Source of the DNA: a virus
Reading direction: 5' to 3' (one strand)
Length of the DNA: 64,000 bases
Virus record (IMG/VR): IMGVR_UViG_3300035698_004085
Span: 64,001 to 128,000 of that record
Under the pieces are notes generated by a model. It was given only the letters and a program-made list of their open reading frames with translations, was not told the origin of the DNA and did no database searches. This document shows, in pieces, positions 19,691 through 29,835 of this stretch (position 1 is the first letter of the stretch; every line of letters begins with the position of its first letter). Both the position numbers and the translations under genes were made by a program.

Positions 19691-19764
19691 TTCCTGCTTT
19701 TTCTCTCCTCTTAGTATGTTATATACTAGTTCATTTTAAAATACAGTTTTAGAGAGGTAATGAC

Positions 19765-20361
19765 TTGAAGAAATTAATGAATTGTTCAACTCCTTATTGC
19801 GACAGTAGGATATTGGTAAGAGAGGTTGAGGAAGAAGACTACGTATTTTGTCCTAAGTGCAGGGGAGATCATTCTCTATGCGTTCTTAAAACACAGGTAG
19901 ACCATGATAAACCGATAAAAGAAGTTATTATGGATGCTAGAATATTCAAGAGCGCTAATGGAATGGCTGACTATGCTGGAGTGTCTTTTGTTTCGATGTA
20001 TAATTGGATCAAGAAGTACTTTAATATGTCTTTTCAGGAGTTTAGAAGGAAATACATTTGTAAGTCAGAGAAATGCTACTTGTTGAATATCAAAAGGTCT
20101 TCTTATAGTCGTAATGACTACATCCTTAAAAAGATTAGGTCAAGGAGTAATAGTTGTGCCTGTATTAACTCTTTAGAGCCTAACTATATAATGACTAATT
20201 GCCCACCTTCTACGGTTTCAGGTATTCTTAGGGGCGCTCCAAAGATCACTAAACTCTCCGATAATTTATTTGCATTATCCCCGAAACCTGTTAATTTTGG
20301 GTTTTTAAATCCTATAACCTTTGGTGATGTAACGCCTTTCCATTTTGTGGAAGCTGCTTAA
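19765..20361 (+). CDS. Zinc-ribbon/HTH hypothetical regulator
   Basis: CSTPYC...CPKC; MADYAGVSFVSMYNWIK HTH-like segment. Confidence 0.55.
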   Translation: MKKLMNCSTPYCDSRILVREVEEEDYVFCPKCRGDHSLCVLKTQVDHDKPIKEVIMDARIFKSANGMADYAGVSFVSMYNWIKKYFNMSFQEFRRKYICKSEKCYLLNIKRSSYSRNDYILKKIRSRSNSCACINSLEPNYIMTNCPPSTVSGILRGAPKITKLSDNLFALSPKPVNFGFLNPITFGDVTPFHFVEAA

Positions 20362-20405
20362 AATAATGGTTGAAAGTTTAAAAACCCAACTATTGTTGCT
20401 TTATA

Positions 20406-20741
20406 ATGGTAATCGTCATGGATAAAAAAGAATCAAAGTTTTTAGAAGAAATAGCCAAAAAAGCTGGGCTAGATCCTTCTAAAATGGATAAGAAAGCTTT
20501 TGGCAACCCTTTAGAGAACTCAATGTTCGCAAACGCGATTAAAGCTGCGTTAGTAGGGCTTGAAGTGGTTGCTATTGGTACTCTGGATATTAAACTAACT
20601 GCTATTGTTAAGCTTCTTCAATCTTGGATAAAAGACCGGGAAGAAGAACTGGCTCAAAAGCAGCAGCAAGAATATGGTTATCAGGAGAGTTATCAAGATG
20701 ACTCTTTTGGCTATAACGTAAACATTGGCGGTTATTATTAA
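20406..20741 (+). CDS. Hypothetical protein (start of the putative virion-protein cluster)
   Basis: ORF; contains a DKKAF linker-like motif. Confidence 0.55.
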   Translation: MVIVMDKKESKFLEEIAKKAGLDPSKMDKKAFGNPLENSMFANAIKAALVGLEVVAIGTLDIKLTAIVKLLQSWIKDREEELAQKQQQEYGYQESYQDDSFGYNVNIGGYY

Positions 20742-20754
20742 AATGGAGACTATA

Positions 20755-22095
20755 ATGAAAAAGAAAGCGAAAAGAATAATGAAAAAGAAAAGTGAACATC
20801 ACATGTGGAATGCTCAGTCAGACGATAATGGGCAAGTAACCATCAACCGGAATACTGCTGAGCGTGAAGAGTTTGAGGAGTCGGACTTCCTCATGGCTGT
20901 TACAGCAAGTTCTTGGGGATTCTTTGGCGCAAGTCTTGTAGACCAGTTTTCAAAGAAGGTTACAGCTGCTGAGAAATCTCGTTTCCAGTTAGTTGCCAAG
21001 ACTTTAAAAGCTTCTGGCGAAAAGCCTCCCCGTGTTAGATCTTGGGAAGAGCTTCGCAAGGCTTTTGGTAATGATGAGATGTCTGAGGCTCGTGAGTTCA
21101 TTTCTGACGGAATGAAGGTTCGTCAAGCTTCTAAGTTCCTTAATCTTCCTTTTATTATTGCTGCGGATCTTGTAGACGAGATTGAAGTAGTTGGTAAAAA
21201 GGCTATGAAGGATATTGTTAAACGAGTCAAAAAAGGCGATAAAAAGGTCGTAAAAGACTACGGAAAGGTTGCATCTTCTGTTAAAAGGCTGTATGATGAG
21301 GCTTTAAGAGAGGGTAATACTAAGATTGCTATTGATGATTCTGCTAAAGACTATTGGACTCAGTATTATGGTGAATACGGTGAGCAGTTGGTAGGCGAGG
21401 TTAAAAAGCGGGTTAAAGCTGATGTTGCTTACGAGTGGTTAAGACGTAATGGCGTTGATGAGGCTGCAGCAGCTTATTGGGCAAATTATTATACAGATGG
21501 AGACTATGGTAAAGACATGGTAAAAACTCCTGAGAAAAGAACTACTCCTAAAGCTAGTAGGAAGAAAGCTCAAGATGTTGATGAGATGAAAGAGGCTCTT
21601 GAGATTTATATTAATGAATATGGAACCGAAGAGGGTTTTGTACAGTGGTTTTTAACTGGAGTTCGATCAACGGCTAGTAAGAAAGCTCAAGACGTTAATG
21701 AGATGAAAGAGGCTCTTGATATTTATATTAATGAATATGGAACCGAAGAGGGATTTGTACAGTGGTTTTTAACCGGAGTTCGATCAGCATCTAGGAAGAA
21801 AGCTCAAGATGTTGATGAGATGAAAGAGGCTCTTGAGATTTATATTAATGAATATGGAACCGAAGATGGTTTTGTACAGTGGTTTTTAACCGGAGTTCGC
21901 TCAGCATCTAGGAAGAAAGCTAATTTGTTCGAGGACCTTAAGAGTACGCTAGTGAAAGAGGTTGGAGACTATATTAATTCTCTTCCTGCTGAAGAACAAG
22001 ATGCTGCTATGGACTTAGCTGGGCAACAAATGCAAAATTTAGTAGGGGAGTTAATGGATTATCGAGATTCTAGCATGGGAGGAGATGTTTACTAA
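20755..22095 (+). CDS. Modular acidic protein with a triplicated 39-aa unit and KKAQ linkers (putative processed virion protein)
   Basis: Start placed at GGAG-N6-ATG 20755; three KKAQDVDEMKEALEIYINEYGTEEGFVQWFLTGVRS units. Confidence 0.7.
   Translation: MKKKAKRIMKKKSEHHMWNAQSDDNGQVTINRNTAEREEFEESDFLMAVTASSWGFFGASLVDQFSKKVTAAEKSRFQLVAKTLKASGEKPPRVRSWEELRKAFGNDEMSEAREFISDGMKVRQASKFLNLPFIIAADLVDEIEVVGKKAMKDIVKRVKKGDKKVVKDYGKVASSVKRLYDEALREGNTKIAIDDSAKDYWTQYYGEYGEQLVGEVKKRVKADVAYEWLRRNGVDEAAAAYWANYYTDGDYGKDMVKTPEKRTTPKASRKKAQDVDEMKEALEIYINEYGTEEGFVQWFLTGVRSTASKKAQDVNEMKEALDIYINEYGTEEGFVQWFLTGVRSASRKKAQDVDEMKEALEIYINEYGTEDGFVQWFLTGVRSASRKKANLFEDLKSTLVKEVGDYINSLPAEEQDAAMDLAGQQMQNLVGELMDYRDSSMGGDVY
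21562..21921 (+). repeat. 117-bp coding tandem repeat, three units plus a partial fourth
   Basis: AAGAAAGCT recurs at 21562, 21679, 21796 and 21913. Confidence 0.92.
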
Positions 22096-22574
22096 TGAAA
22101 TTTGAAATGACAGAAAAATCGTTTAGCAGAATTGCTCAAGTTATGGATGAGGGCGTTCATACTGATAAGAAGGCTCAATCCTCAGTTGGCGGGGATCTGG
22201 GTATAGATGAGTTCACCCAAGGATATATTGAGGCTGCTTTTTGGACTGAAGATGAGAGTGAGGAGCTAGAAGACTTAGGTTTTTATGATATTGCACCAGA
22301 AGCTTTAAAGTCTGTTAGTGAGGAGTGTGACAAGTTTCAGTCCGATAACTCAAACCTTCTTTCTGAATATTATGCTGAGCGTGAGGGGGAAACGGAGGGT
22401 ACTCCAGAAGCTAATGCCGGTCATGATTTTTGGTTAACAAGAAATGGTCATGGAGTAGGCTTCTGGGATAGAGGACTTTCTGAATATCTGGGAGATGCTC
22501 TAACTGAGGCTGCTGATGCCTACGGAGAGTCTTATATGTATGCTGGTGATGACAACAAAGTGTATTTTGATTAG
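22095..22574 (+). CDS. Acidic phage protein with a GHDFWLTRNGHG domain
   Basis: N-terminal leader plus KKAQ, then a compact acidic domain whose motif I recognise from uncharacterised phage proteins. Confidence 0.65.
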   Translation: MKFEMTEKSFSRIAQVMDEGVHTDKKAQSSVGGDLGIDEFTQGYIEAAFWTEDESEELEDLGFYDIAPEALKSVSEECDKFQSDNSNLLSEYYAEREGETEGTPEANAGHDFWLTRNGHGVGFWDRGLSEYLGDALTEAADAYGESYMYAGDDNKVYFD

Positions 22575-22577
22575 ACT

Positions 22578-22814
22578 ATGAATCCTTTTTCAACAACCAA
22601 TCTTCAAAAACTTGCCAATTCTAATTCCTGGCACTACTCTGAAGAAGAGGTTGTTGAAGTATTAGACAGGGTTGATGCTTTAGCTGCTAGAATGTATGAT
22701 TTTAAAACAATGCTAGAGTCTGAAGAAGATGAAGCGAGAAAGCAGGGGCTACTCGATGACTTCAACTTTACGTTAGACAAGATTGAAGAGTCTTTAAAGT
22801 GGTTTGGGGGTTAG
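22578..22814 (+). CDS. Small acidic helical protein
   Basis: ORF followed by a terminator. Confidence 0.55.
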   Translation: MNPFSTTNLQKLANSNSWHYSEEEVVEVLDRVDALAARMYDFKTMLESEEDEARKQGLLDDFNFTLDKIEESLKWFGG

Positions 22815-22848
22815 TTTCCTAGCTGCTTTAACAGGCTAGTTTACATAG

Positions 22849-22878
22849 GGGCTGAGAACTTAGGTTCTCAGCCCTTTC
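22849..22878 (+). terminator. Intrinsic terminator
   Basis: GGGCTGAGAAC-TTAG-GTTCTCAGCCC-TTT. Confidence 0.75.
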
Positions 22879-22915
22879 TCGTATATTATAGATAACCTTA
22901 AAAGGAGGGTTAATA

Positions 22916-23377
22916 ATGGCTGAGTATAAATTCTGGGATGAGAGTCGAAACCTACAGGCTAAAATCTATTCAGGGTTTCCTGGCGTTGGAAAATCTTATT
23001 ATTTTATAAAATCGAATACTGGGGTTTTGGATAGTGATAGTAGCCACTTCGATAAGAAAGATTTCCCAAATAACTATATTCAACACATAAAGGATAACCT
23101 GAATATTGCAGACATCATATTTGTTAGTAGCCATAAAGAGGTTAGGGATGCTCTAGTTGAAGAAGAACTAGACTTTACGTTAGTGTATCCTGATTTGAGT
23201 TTGAAGCAAGAGTATTTAGAGCGATATAACGAAAGAGGAAGCCGTCAACTGTTTATGAATCTTATCTCTACTAATTGGGAGAATTGGTTATTAGAGCTTA
23301 TGCGGCAGGAGAAGTGCCGACATATTGTATTAAAGTCTGGTGAATTTATGTCAGATGCTCTTAAAAAAGAAGAATAA
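22916..23377 (+). CDS. P-loop NTPase/kinase-like protein
   Basis: SGFPGVGKS Walker A, LDSDSS. Confidence 0.7.
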   Translation: MAEYKFWDESRNLQAKIYSGFPGVGKSYYFIKSNTGVLDSDSSHFDKKDFPNNYIQHIKDNLNIADIIFVSSHKEVRDALVEEELDFTLVYPDLSLKQEYLERYNERGSRQLFMNLISTNWENWLLELMRQEKCRHIVLKSGEFMSDALKKEE

Positions 23378-23380
23378 ATA

Positions 23381-23701
23381 ATGCACGAATCAATTGACGA
23401 TAAAGTTAAAGAACTTGAAGACAAGATAAAGAGCGCTGCTGAAATAACTCCAGAAGATGCAAAAGTCATGGAATTCTTCAGCTTTGTTAATAAGGTCAAT
23501 CAGGCAAAAGCTGAGGTTAAGGACAATGGGGAAGAGGTAGACCCTTGCCCAGACGGGTTAGAGGATTGTGATGACCTTGTGTGCCCAGAGTGTTCAGGTG
23601 CATTAGTCACTGTATCTTTTTCCTTGCCAATTCAGGTTGAATGTTCAGAATGCGGAGAACTCTTTAAATTAAGGGACCTTATAATATCTCAAAAAGATTA
23701 A
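23381..23701 (+). CDS. Zinc-ribbon hypothetical protein
   Basis: CPEC...CSEC. Confidence 0.6.
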   Translation: MHESIDDKVKELEDKIKSAAEITPEDAKVMEFFSFVNKVNQAKAEVKDNGEEVDPCPDGLEDCDDLVCPECSGALVTVSFSLPIQVECSECGELFKLRDLIISQKD

Positions 23702-23780
23702 TGTGGTTTAAGAAAACCAAAGGGTTCAGTGGTAATATAGGGATATTGAAAAGCTAAAACTTTATTTTAGGAGATTGATT

Positions 23781-25385
23781 ATGCACCGAAATTCACGTCA
23801 AGACTTAGCAAATCTGAGCAATCAAAAAGTTGCAGGTATGAACTATTTTAAGCTCGCTCAAAACTTTGCAAAAGATATTAATGTACAGGCTGCACAAGAT
23901 CGCAGTTACGAGGAAGCTTATTACCGCAATGACGGCTCTTTGCATGAGACTCACGTTGATACCCTAAAGAGGGTTATTGCTGAAGAGCTTGCTAAAGAGA
24001 ATGCTGATATTCAGGGTACTTTACCTGTTGCTTCGGTATTTGAGGCATATCAGGTTGCTAAAAAGGCTTCTGAGGAGTTTAGTAGGGACGTTGGCGTAAT
24101 TGCTTTAGTAGGTCATCTCCAGACTAAATGGAAGCGTGATAAGACTGCAAATATGAATGCTTCAGACTTTTATAAGCTGAAAGAGTACTACAAGTTCAAT
24201 TATCCTAAGAGTGCCGCTTCTGATATTATGGAAGACATTGCTAAAAAGGGTTATGCAACTCTTGAGACAAGTAAGCTTATGGAGATTGCCTCTCAGATTG
24301 AATGCCAGGATGACTATGAGTACCAGATTCGAGCAAATCACTTGACGGCTAATAGCATCTCCAATAAAAAGGCTAGACAGTTTATTCTTGCTCTGGTTAA
24401 TGGGGAAGATTCTATAGGACAAGGCTCTGCTCCTGAAGATCGCTATATCAACAACATTGAATTCTACTGGGATGAAGATTCTAATCCTGATGATGTGGGT
24501 TGGGTATGGGTTTCTAAAGATGGAGACGCTAGGGCAGTTCCTGGAAATGAAGGTAGAGATCCAAATATTACTGATGAAGATCTTTATGAAGCGTTTTTTC
24601 AAGATCCCGCAAGCAGCTTTATGCCTGGAATAACTGGGACACGGGAGGGTGAGAATCGCTCCCCTTTTAGGCGTGAGGCTCAGTCTGGAATTTTAGGTCC
24701 TCCAGAAGAGAAGCCTGGAGCACAGCAGTACTTTCAAGAGGACTTTCATTCTTTTGATGGATTTTTAGAAGCTATTGAGCAAACTAATGATGGTTTTTTG
24801 TCTTGGTTGGAGATACCGCCTACTCAGGAAGAGTTTGATGCAGTGTTATCTATCTTAAGCGACGTTGGGTATTCTCAAGAGTCTTCCAAGATTAAAGAAG
24901 TAGTACCTGAAAACTATGAAAAGTGGATTTATGGGGATGTGTATAGCTCTCCTGAAATGGCAGTACTTGTAGAATATGGTCAGTCTCTTCAACCAATGGC
25001 AGCAGGAATGCGTGAGGCAGTTGAAGACGTGTTTGGAGAGTACTTTGATAAGGGAGCTTCTAAGAAGGCACAAGAGGGCTATGGAGAAGATGACTATGAG
25101 ACTTATGAGTCGTCCAATCCTTCTAAAATGTCTGATGATGAGCTTTATGAAGAGATAAGGGCTTTGGGACCTAAGAAGCTTTATCAAATGGAGATGAACC
25201 AGGATTTTCCAACTTTAACTTATCCAAACTTTATGGAAGTTTTTGAAAAGGTTATGTCTGACGAAGAATGGTATGAGCTTTTTCAAGATTGGATGGAAGA
25301 AGCTGAAGGCGACCCTGTAAATACTGAAATGGATACTGGGCAAGAGTATGGTAACCCTGGGGTTCCTAGCGATGCAGCTTGGTAG
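23781..25385 (+). CDS. Modular acidic protein with RREAQ/KKAQ linkers (putative virion protein)
   Basis: RBS AGGAG; acidic blocks separated by FRREAQ and ASKKAQ. Confidence 0.7.
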   Translation: MHRNSRQDLANLSNQKVAGMNYFKLAQNFAKDINVQAAQDRSYEEAYYRNDGSLHETHVDTLKRVIAEELAKENADIQGTLPVASVFEAYQVAKKASEEFSRDVGVIALVGHLQTKWKRDKTANMNASDFYKLKEYYKFNYPKSAASDIMEDIAKKGYATLETSKLMEIASQIECQDDYEYQIRANHLTANSISNKKARQFILALVNGEDSIGQGSAPEDRYINNIEFYWDEDSNPDDVGWVWVSKDGDARAVPGNEGRDPNITDEDLYEAFFQDPASSFMPGITGTREGENRSPFRREAQSGILGPPEEKPGAQQYFQEDFHSFDGFLEAIEQTNDGFLSWLEIPPTQEEFDAVLSILSDVGYSQESSKIKEVVPENYEKWIYGDVYSSPEMAVLVEYGQSLQPMAAGMREAVEDVFGEYFDKGASKKAQEGYGEDDYETYESSNPSKMSDDELYEEIRALGPKKLYQMEMNQDFPTLTYPNFMEVFEKVMSDEEWYELFQDWMEEAEGDPVNTEMDTGQEYGNPGVPSDAAW

Positions 25386-25404
25386 ATAAAAGGAATATAT
25401 AAAA

Positions 25405-28400
25405 ATGAAGAAATTATCTGTAAAACAAATTAAAGAACTCCTCTTGAATGGTAAAGAAGTTACCATGAATAAGTGGGCAATTCTTATTAATGAGAATGAT
25501 GAAGTTGCGGTATATGCTCCTGACGGAACTGGTATTGCAGCTTCTTTAATGCTCCTTGACCAAGAGATTGGTAGATTTGTTAGAGCAGCTGGGATGCCGG
25601 ATACGACACCTAAGCCGGTATCCTATCCTGCTACCGAATCTCCTAAGTCAGTTCTAAAAGATGATTCTTCAACTGGTCATCCTACTAAGGACCCTTCAGT
25701 CGTTAAGCAACCCGTTCCCCAAGGTGACAAGCCTAACAAGGGTATGGACAGCGATTCTTCAGAGGGTCACCCTACTAAGGACCCTGCTATTGACAAGCTT
25801 CCGCAGCCTAATAAAGAGCGCGGAGGATTGCCCAATAAAGACCTGGGCAAAGATACTTCTCAAGACTCTACAAATTGGGGAGATAAGCAATCTCGTAAGA
25901 AGAAGTCTAGAGAGCAAGTCTCTTACGGTTTTGCTATCTCTGACGGGTTTGATGAATATTCAGATAATGAGTTTGACTCTGAGGGAGTTACTCAGGCAGC
26001 AATGCAGGTTGAGAGAAACATTTTAAATTGGCTGAATTCAAATATTGGTAATGCTAGAGATGAGGGTCATGGCTCGGATGGTGATTTGATTGGTAGTATT
26101 TTTGTGGATGTTGGAACGGGAGAAGAAGAGTTTATTAAAGACGGTAATGAGCATCTAGGGGAAGAGCCTTATTCAGTAGGTAAGGGGGACTTCCCATTTG
26201 ATCCGTTTGAAGGAGTTGAGGATGCTTATATAAGCGCGTTTATTCCTAGTCTTTCTTTCTTTGGTGAGGGAGATTCTACTAATAGAGTCTATAGTCGCAA
26301 AGCTTTCACTGACGAGCTGTTTGGCGTAGAGATTAATGAAGAGCCTGAAAAGAGCTTTAATGATGGAGAAGATCTTCCCAATATGAATGAAATATTCTCA
26401 GAAATGGGATCTGGAGAAGTTGATGAAGCTGACGAAGATTCTGACGAAGAGGGCATTGAAGTTGAGGTTAAGCTAGAAGTTGATGCTAAGAAGAAAAGAT
26501 CTCAAATGAGAAATCAGTTTGATGGAGTTGCTGTCAGGATCGTAGGGGGTGATACCTTCTTAGAGCTAAATAACGATGAGGTTTATGTAGGCGTTGTACA
26601 CGATAGTTCAAGCATGACTCCTTCTGCTGCTGTTTATATTCAGCAAGGTTGGGGTAGTGAGGACGAAGTTCTTCAAGAGGCATATGCCGAGTTGGAAACA
26701 TCAGATTCTGACAGTCTTTCACCTGAAGAGTCGGAAGAGCGTTGGACTACTCAAGATGCTGAAGGCTATGATCCTTTAACTGAGGCTTATGATGGGTGGG
26801 CGTTTACGACTACTGCTAAAGAGCTTCAATCCATGATTGAGTCTCAAAGTAATCAATATAATAAAGAGAAATTCTCTGAAATAGAGTTTGAAGCTCCTGA
26901 AGAAGATGATGAAGACGAGTATGATGACGACGATAACTATGATGCTGAAGATGCAGCAGGGAAGCTAAATGCCTCAAACAAGATTGCAGACACGTTTGAC
27001 CAAGAGCCTGCTGCGGGACCTTCTTATATGGATTTGGTACATGCCAAGCCTCATGAAGATATGTTAAGAGACATTGGAGATCCTGATAAATGGGCTGCTA
27101 ATCGCATGCTAGAAGCTATGTCTGAGCCTGATGAAAAGAAGTGTAAAGACTGTGGCAAAGTAAAATGCGAATGTGACAAGAAAGAGAAGAAGTCTAGGAA
27201 AAGAGTTTCTAGAGAAGTTGTTTGGGAAGTATCTGAAGAAGATGTTGGGCAAGGAGTAGAGGACAATCCTGTATTTGAGCCTTTAGGGGTTATACAAGAC
27301 AGAGATATTGGTAAGCGCATATATAATATTAATGGAGTTTATCAAGTAGAAAATGATTCACAGCTAGAGAAAAGACTAAATGCATCCCGTAAACAAGCTG
27401 GTCCCAAGATTAAAGAGAATTGGGGAGATGGTGGAACTTATTCAAGGGATTTAGAAGCTGAGTCTGGTGAAGAGCTTTATCACATTGTAAGGTCCCTTGG
27501 ACAAGATGATGATTACGATTGGTCAGGCTATAGTGGAGCAGGCGTTCCTATAATGGATGACGACAATGCTAATGAGATGGAAACCGGCATTATGGCAGGT
27601 AAAATTCCACCTCAATTTTTATCCAAGAATGATAAAGGAAAAGATAAGGATGCAGATGAGAAAGACTCAGAATGCGATAAGTCAGATAAAGAAGCCGTAG
27701 ACGACAATGCTAAAGAGTATTGGGGCAAGTATTTCAAAGACTACGGCAAGGATCTTACTAAGGATCCTAATGACTCTAATAGCACTAATGATGGTAGCCG
27801 GGCTGATACTGATGATTATTCTCCTGCTGTTAGTACTCAACCTAAGCCAACTGGTCAACAGCAAGTGGACAAGAAGATTAAAGCTCGAAAAGCTAAGCGT
27901 AAAGCACAGGAGGTATTAGACAGTGCTGATACTATGAGCGAACTTATGCAAAAGTTTGATGAGGCACTTGCTATATGGGTTCAGGAATATGGGTCTGATG
28001 CTGGATTCAACGAGTGGTTTACTCAGCAAGTGGCTAGCAAGACTGCTAAGCGTAAAGCACAGGATTATCAGTCTGAATTAGAAGATTCCCTAATGTCTGC
28101 TGCTCAACAGGGTGATGTAGAACAACTAAGATGGTTGGTTGAAACTGAGGGAGCTTTGGGGTTAGATAATGCTCTTCAACAGGCTACTTCAGCGGGACAA
28201 CAAGGCGCTGTAGAATATCTTCAATCCGCATTGGGTACAACGGCTTCTCGTAAAGCTCAGAATGCACCTCCTGGCTCTGCTCCCGCTCCTGCTGCTCCCG
28301 CTGATCCTGCGGGTGAGACTGCACCTCCTGCTGGTGGCGCTCCTGCTCCAGCGGCTCCTGCTCCAGCGGCTCCTGCTCCCTCTACCAAGCCTGCTCCGGG

Positions 28401-29061
28401 TGCTGGCGATGAGGGTTTAAAGTCTTTGGGATTCACTGATCAAGAGATTCAGACAATGACTCCTGAAGTTAAGACTAAGATTCTTCAAGTTCAAAAGGGA
28501 CCTGCTCCAGCCGCTCCAGGTGCTAAGTCTCCCGCAGCTCCGACCGCACCTTCCGCTCCAGGGGCACCCGCTGCACCTGCTGCTCCCGCCGCACCTGCAG
28601 CTCCTCCTGCACCGTCTAAACCTGTAGCAACTCGTTTAGCAAGGCAAGTAAAGGATTCTGCTAAGGTTAAGAGAGCATTTGCAATGTTGTCACAAGTTGC
28701 GCCAGCTCCGGTTGCGCCAGCTCCTACAACTCCTGCACCTGCTCCCGCTGCACCTGCTCCCGCTGCACCTGCTCCCGCTGCACCTGCTCCAAGTGCTCCT
28801 AAGGCACCCGCTGAGGGTCCGTCTTCCGAGTTTGATACGAGTACTGGTGCGGGTTCTGGACAGCCTACAGTAGAGGCTATGGCTCTTCTGAATGAGATTA
28901 GGCTAAAGCCTGTATCCGCAGAGACTCCTGCGCAAGTTTCCTCAATTAAAGCCCAAGAGTTAGTACAGAGACTATTGAGTGAGGTTGGATTACCAATTAG
29001 TGAGGCTAGAACTGCTTTAGGTCTTCAAAAAGACGAATCTTTTGACAAATTGTTTGAATAA
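25405..29061 (+). CDS. 1218-aa modular acidic protein with basic linkers, an ankyrin-like pair and Ala/Pro tracts (putative virion polyprotein)
   Basis: About nine basic linkers; LMSAAQQGDVEQLRWLVE/ALQQATSAGQQGAVEYL ankyrin-like; (APA)n tracts. Confidence 0.75.
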   Translation: MKKLSVKQIKELLLNGKEVTMNKWAILINENDEVAVYAPDGTGIAASLMLLDQEIGRFVRAAGMPDTTPKPVSYPATESPKSVLKDDSSTGHPTKDPSVVKQPVPQGDKPNKGMDSDSSEGHPTKDPAIDKLPQPNKERGGLPNKDLGKDTSQDSTNWGDKQSRKKKSREQVSYGFAISDGFDEYSDNEFDSEGVTQAAMQVERNILNWLNSNIGNARDEGHGSDGDLIGSIFVDVGTGEEEFIKDGNEHLGEEPYSVGKGDFPFDPFEGVEDAYISAFIPSLSFFGEGDSTNRVYSRKAFTDELFGVEINEEPEKSFNDGEDLPNMNEIFSEMGSGEVDEADEDSDEEGIEVEVKLEVDAKKKRSQMRNQFDGVAVRIVGGDTFLELNNDEVYVGVVHDSSSMTPSAAVYIQQGWGSEDEVLQEAYAELETSDSDSLSPEESEERWTTQDAEGYDPLTEAYDGWAFTTTAKELQSMIESQSNQYNKEKFSEIEFEAPEEDDEDEYDDDDNYDAEDAAGKLNASNKIADTFDQEPAAGPSYMDLVHAKPHEDMLRDIGDPDKWAANRMLEAMSEPDEKKCKDCGKVKCECDKKEKKSRKRVSREVVWEVSEEDVGQGVEDNPVFEPLGVIQDRDIGKRIYNINGVYQVENDSQLEKRLNASRKQAGPKIKENWGDGGTYSRDLEAESGEELYHIVRSLGQDDDYDWSGYSGAGVPIMDDDNANEMETGIMAGKIPPQFLSKNDKGKDKDADEKDSECDKSDKEAVDDNAKEYWGKYFKDYGKDLTKDPNDSNSTNDGSRADTDDYSPAVSTQPKPTGQQQVDKKIKARKAKRKAQEVLDSADTMSELMQKFDEALAIWVQEYGSDAGFNEWFTQQVASKTAKRKAQDYQSELEDSLMSAAQQGDVEQLRWLVETEGALGLDNALQQATSAGQQGAVEYLQSALGTTASRKAQNAPPGSAPAPAAPADPAGETAPPAGGAPAPAAPAPAAPAPSTKPAPGAGDEGLKSLGFTDQEIQTMTPEVKTKILQVQKGPAPAAPGAKSPAAPTAPSAPGAPAAPAAPAAPAAPPAPSKPVATRLARQVKDSAKVKRAFAMLSQVAPAPVAPAPTTPAPAPAAPAPAAPAPAAPAPSAPKAPAEGPSSEFDTSTGAGSGQPTVEAMALLNEIRLKPVSAETPAQVSSIKAQELVQRLLSEVGLPISEARTALGLQKDESFDKLFE

Positions 29062-29088
29062 TAAATACCCAAAGGAGGGATATTTAAA

Positions 29089-29832
29089 ATGACTGAAAAA
29101 CTAAGAGTATTTAATAAGACACATGGTGCAATATCGTTTAACGTGCTTCCTGCATTAGACGACTCTATTTGGGCAATGTCTGAGCATCATCGGCGCAAGA
29201 AGATTCGTTCTTCTGGGATTCCTGTATTGGTACAGAAGCAGACTTCTCAAGATCTTGTAGACACTACAAAGCGCTCTATTGAAGAGATTAAGAAAAGCCC
29301 AGACTTTATTCAAATCATGAAGAAGTCCGTTTTCGACGTTCTAGAGGATTCTTCAATTGTGGTTGAAGAGGTTTTAGTACCTGCTGGTGTAACCGTTGAT
29401 GAAGTTAAGGTTGAAGACATTCTAACTGAGGATGAGCTTGAGAAAGAGATAGTTGGGGTACCTGAAGTGACAGAAACTGAGATTTCAAACACTCAAGATG
29501 TGGTAATAGAACCGGTTATTGATACAGCTTCGAATTTCCCTATGGTAGAGCTTGAGAAAGAACCAGTTTTAACTCCTGCGTATAATGCCGCACCTGTAGT
29601 TGTTGAATCCGAAAAAGAAGAAGAAGAATCTCAAGATGATACTAAGAAGATTTCAGTTCCTCCTTCAGCTCCAGTTGCTCCGATAATGCCTCAGATGCCT
29701 GCAATGCCAGTAGAAGAGAAGCCTAAAGTAAGAAGAGGACGACCACCGAAGTCAGAGGTTAAACCTAAAAACAAAGGTGGAAGACCCAAGAATAGCCCTA
29801 ACAAGCCCAAAGCTCCTAAAGTAAAGGAGTAA
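29089..29832 (+). CDS. Hypothetical protein with AT-hook-like C-terminus
   Basis: RRGRPPK and KGGRPKN motifs. Confidence 0.6.
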   Translation: MTEKLRVFNKTHGAISFNVLPALDDSIWAMSEHHRRKKIRSSGIPVLVQKQTSQDLVDTTKRSIEEIKKSPDFIQIMKKSVFDVLEDSSIVVEEVLVPAGVTVDEVKVEDILTEDELEKEIVGVPEVTETEISNTQDVVIEPVIDTASNFPMVELEKEPVLTPAYNAAPVVVESEKEEEESQDDTKKISVPPSAPVAPIMPQMPAMPVEEKPKVRRGRPPKSEVKPKNKGGRPKNSPNKPKAPKVKE

Positions 29833-29835
29833 TAT

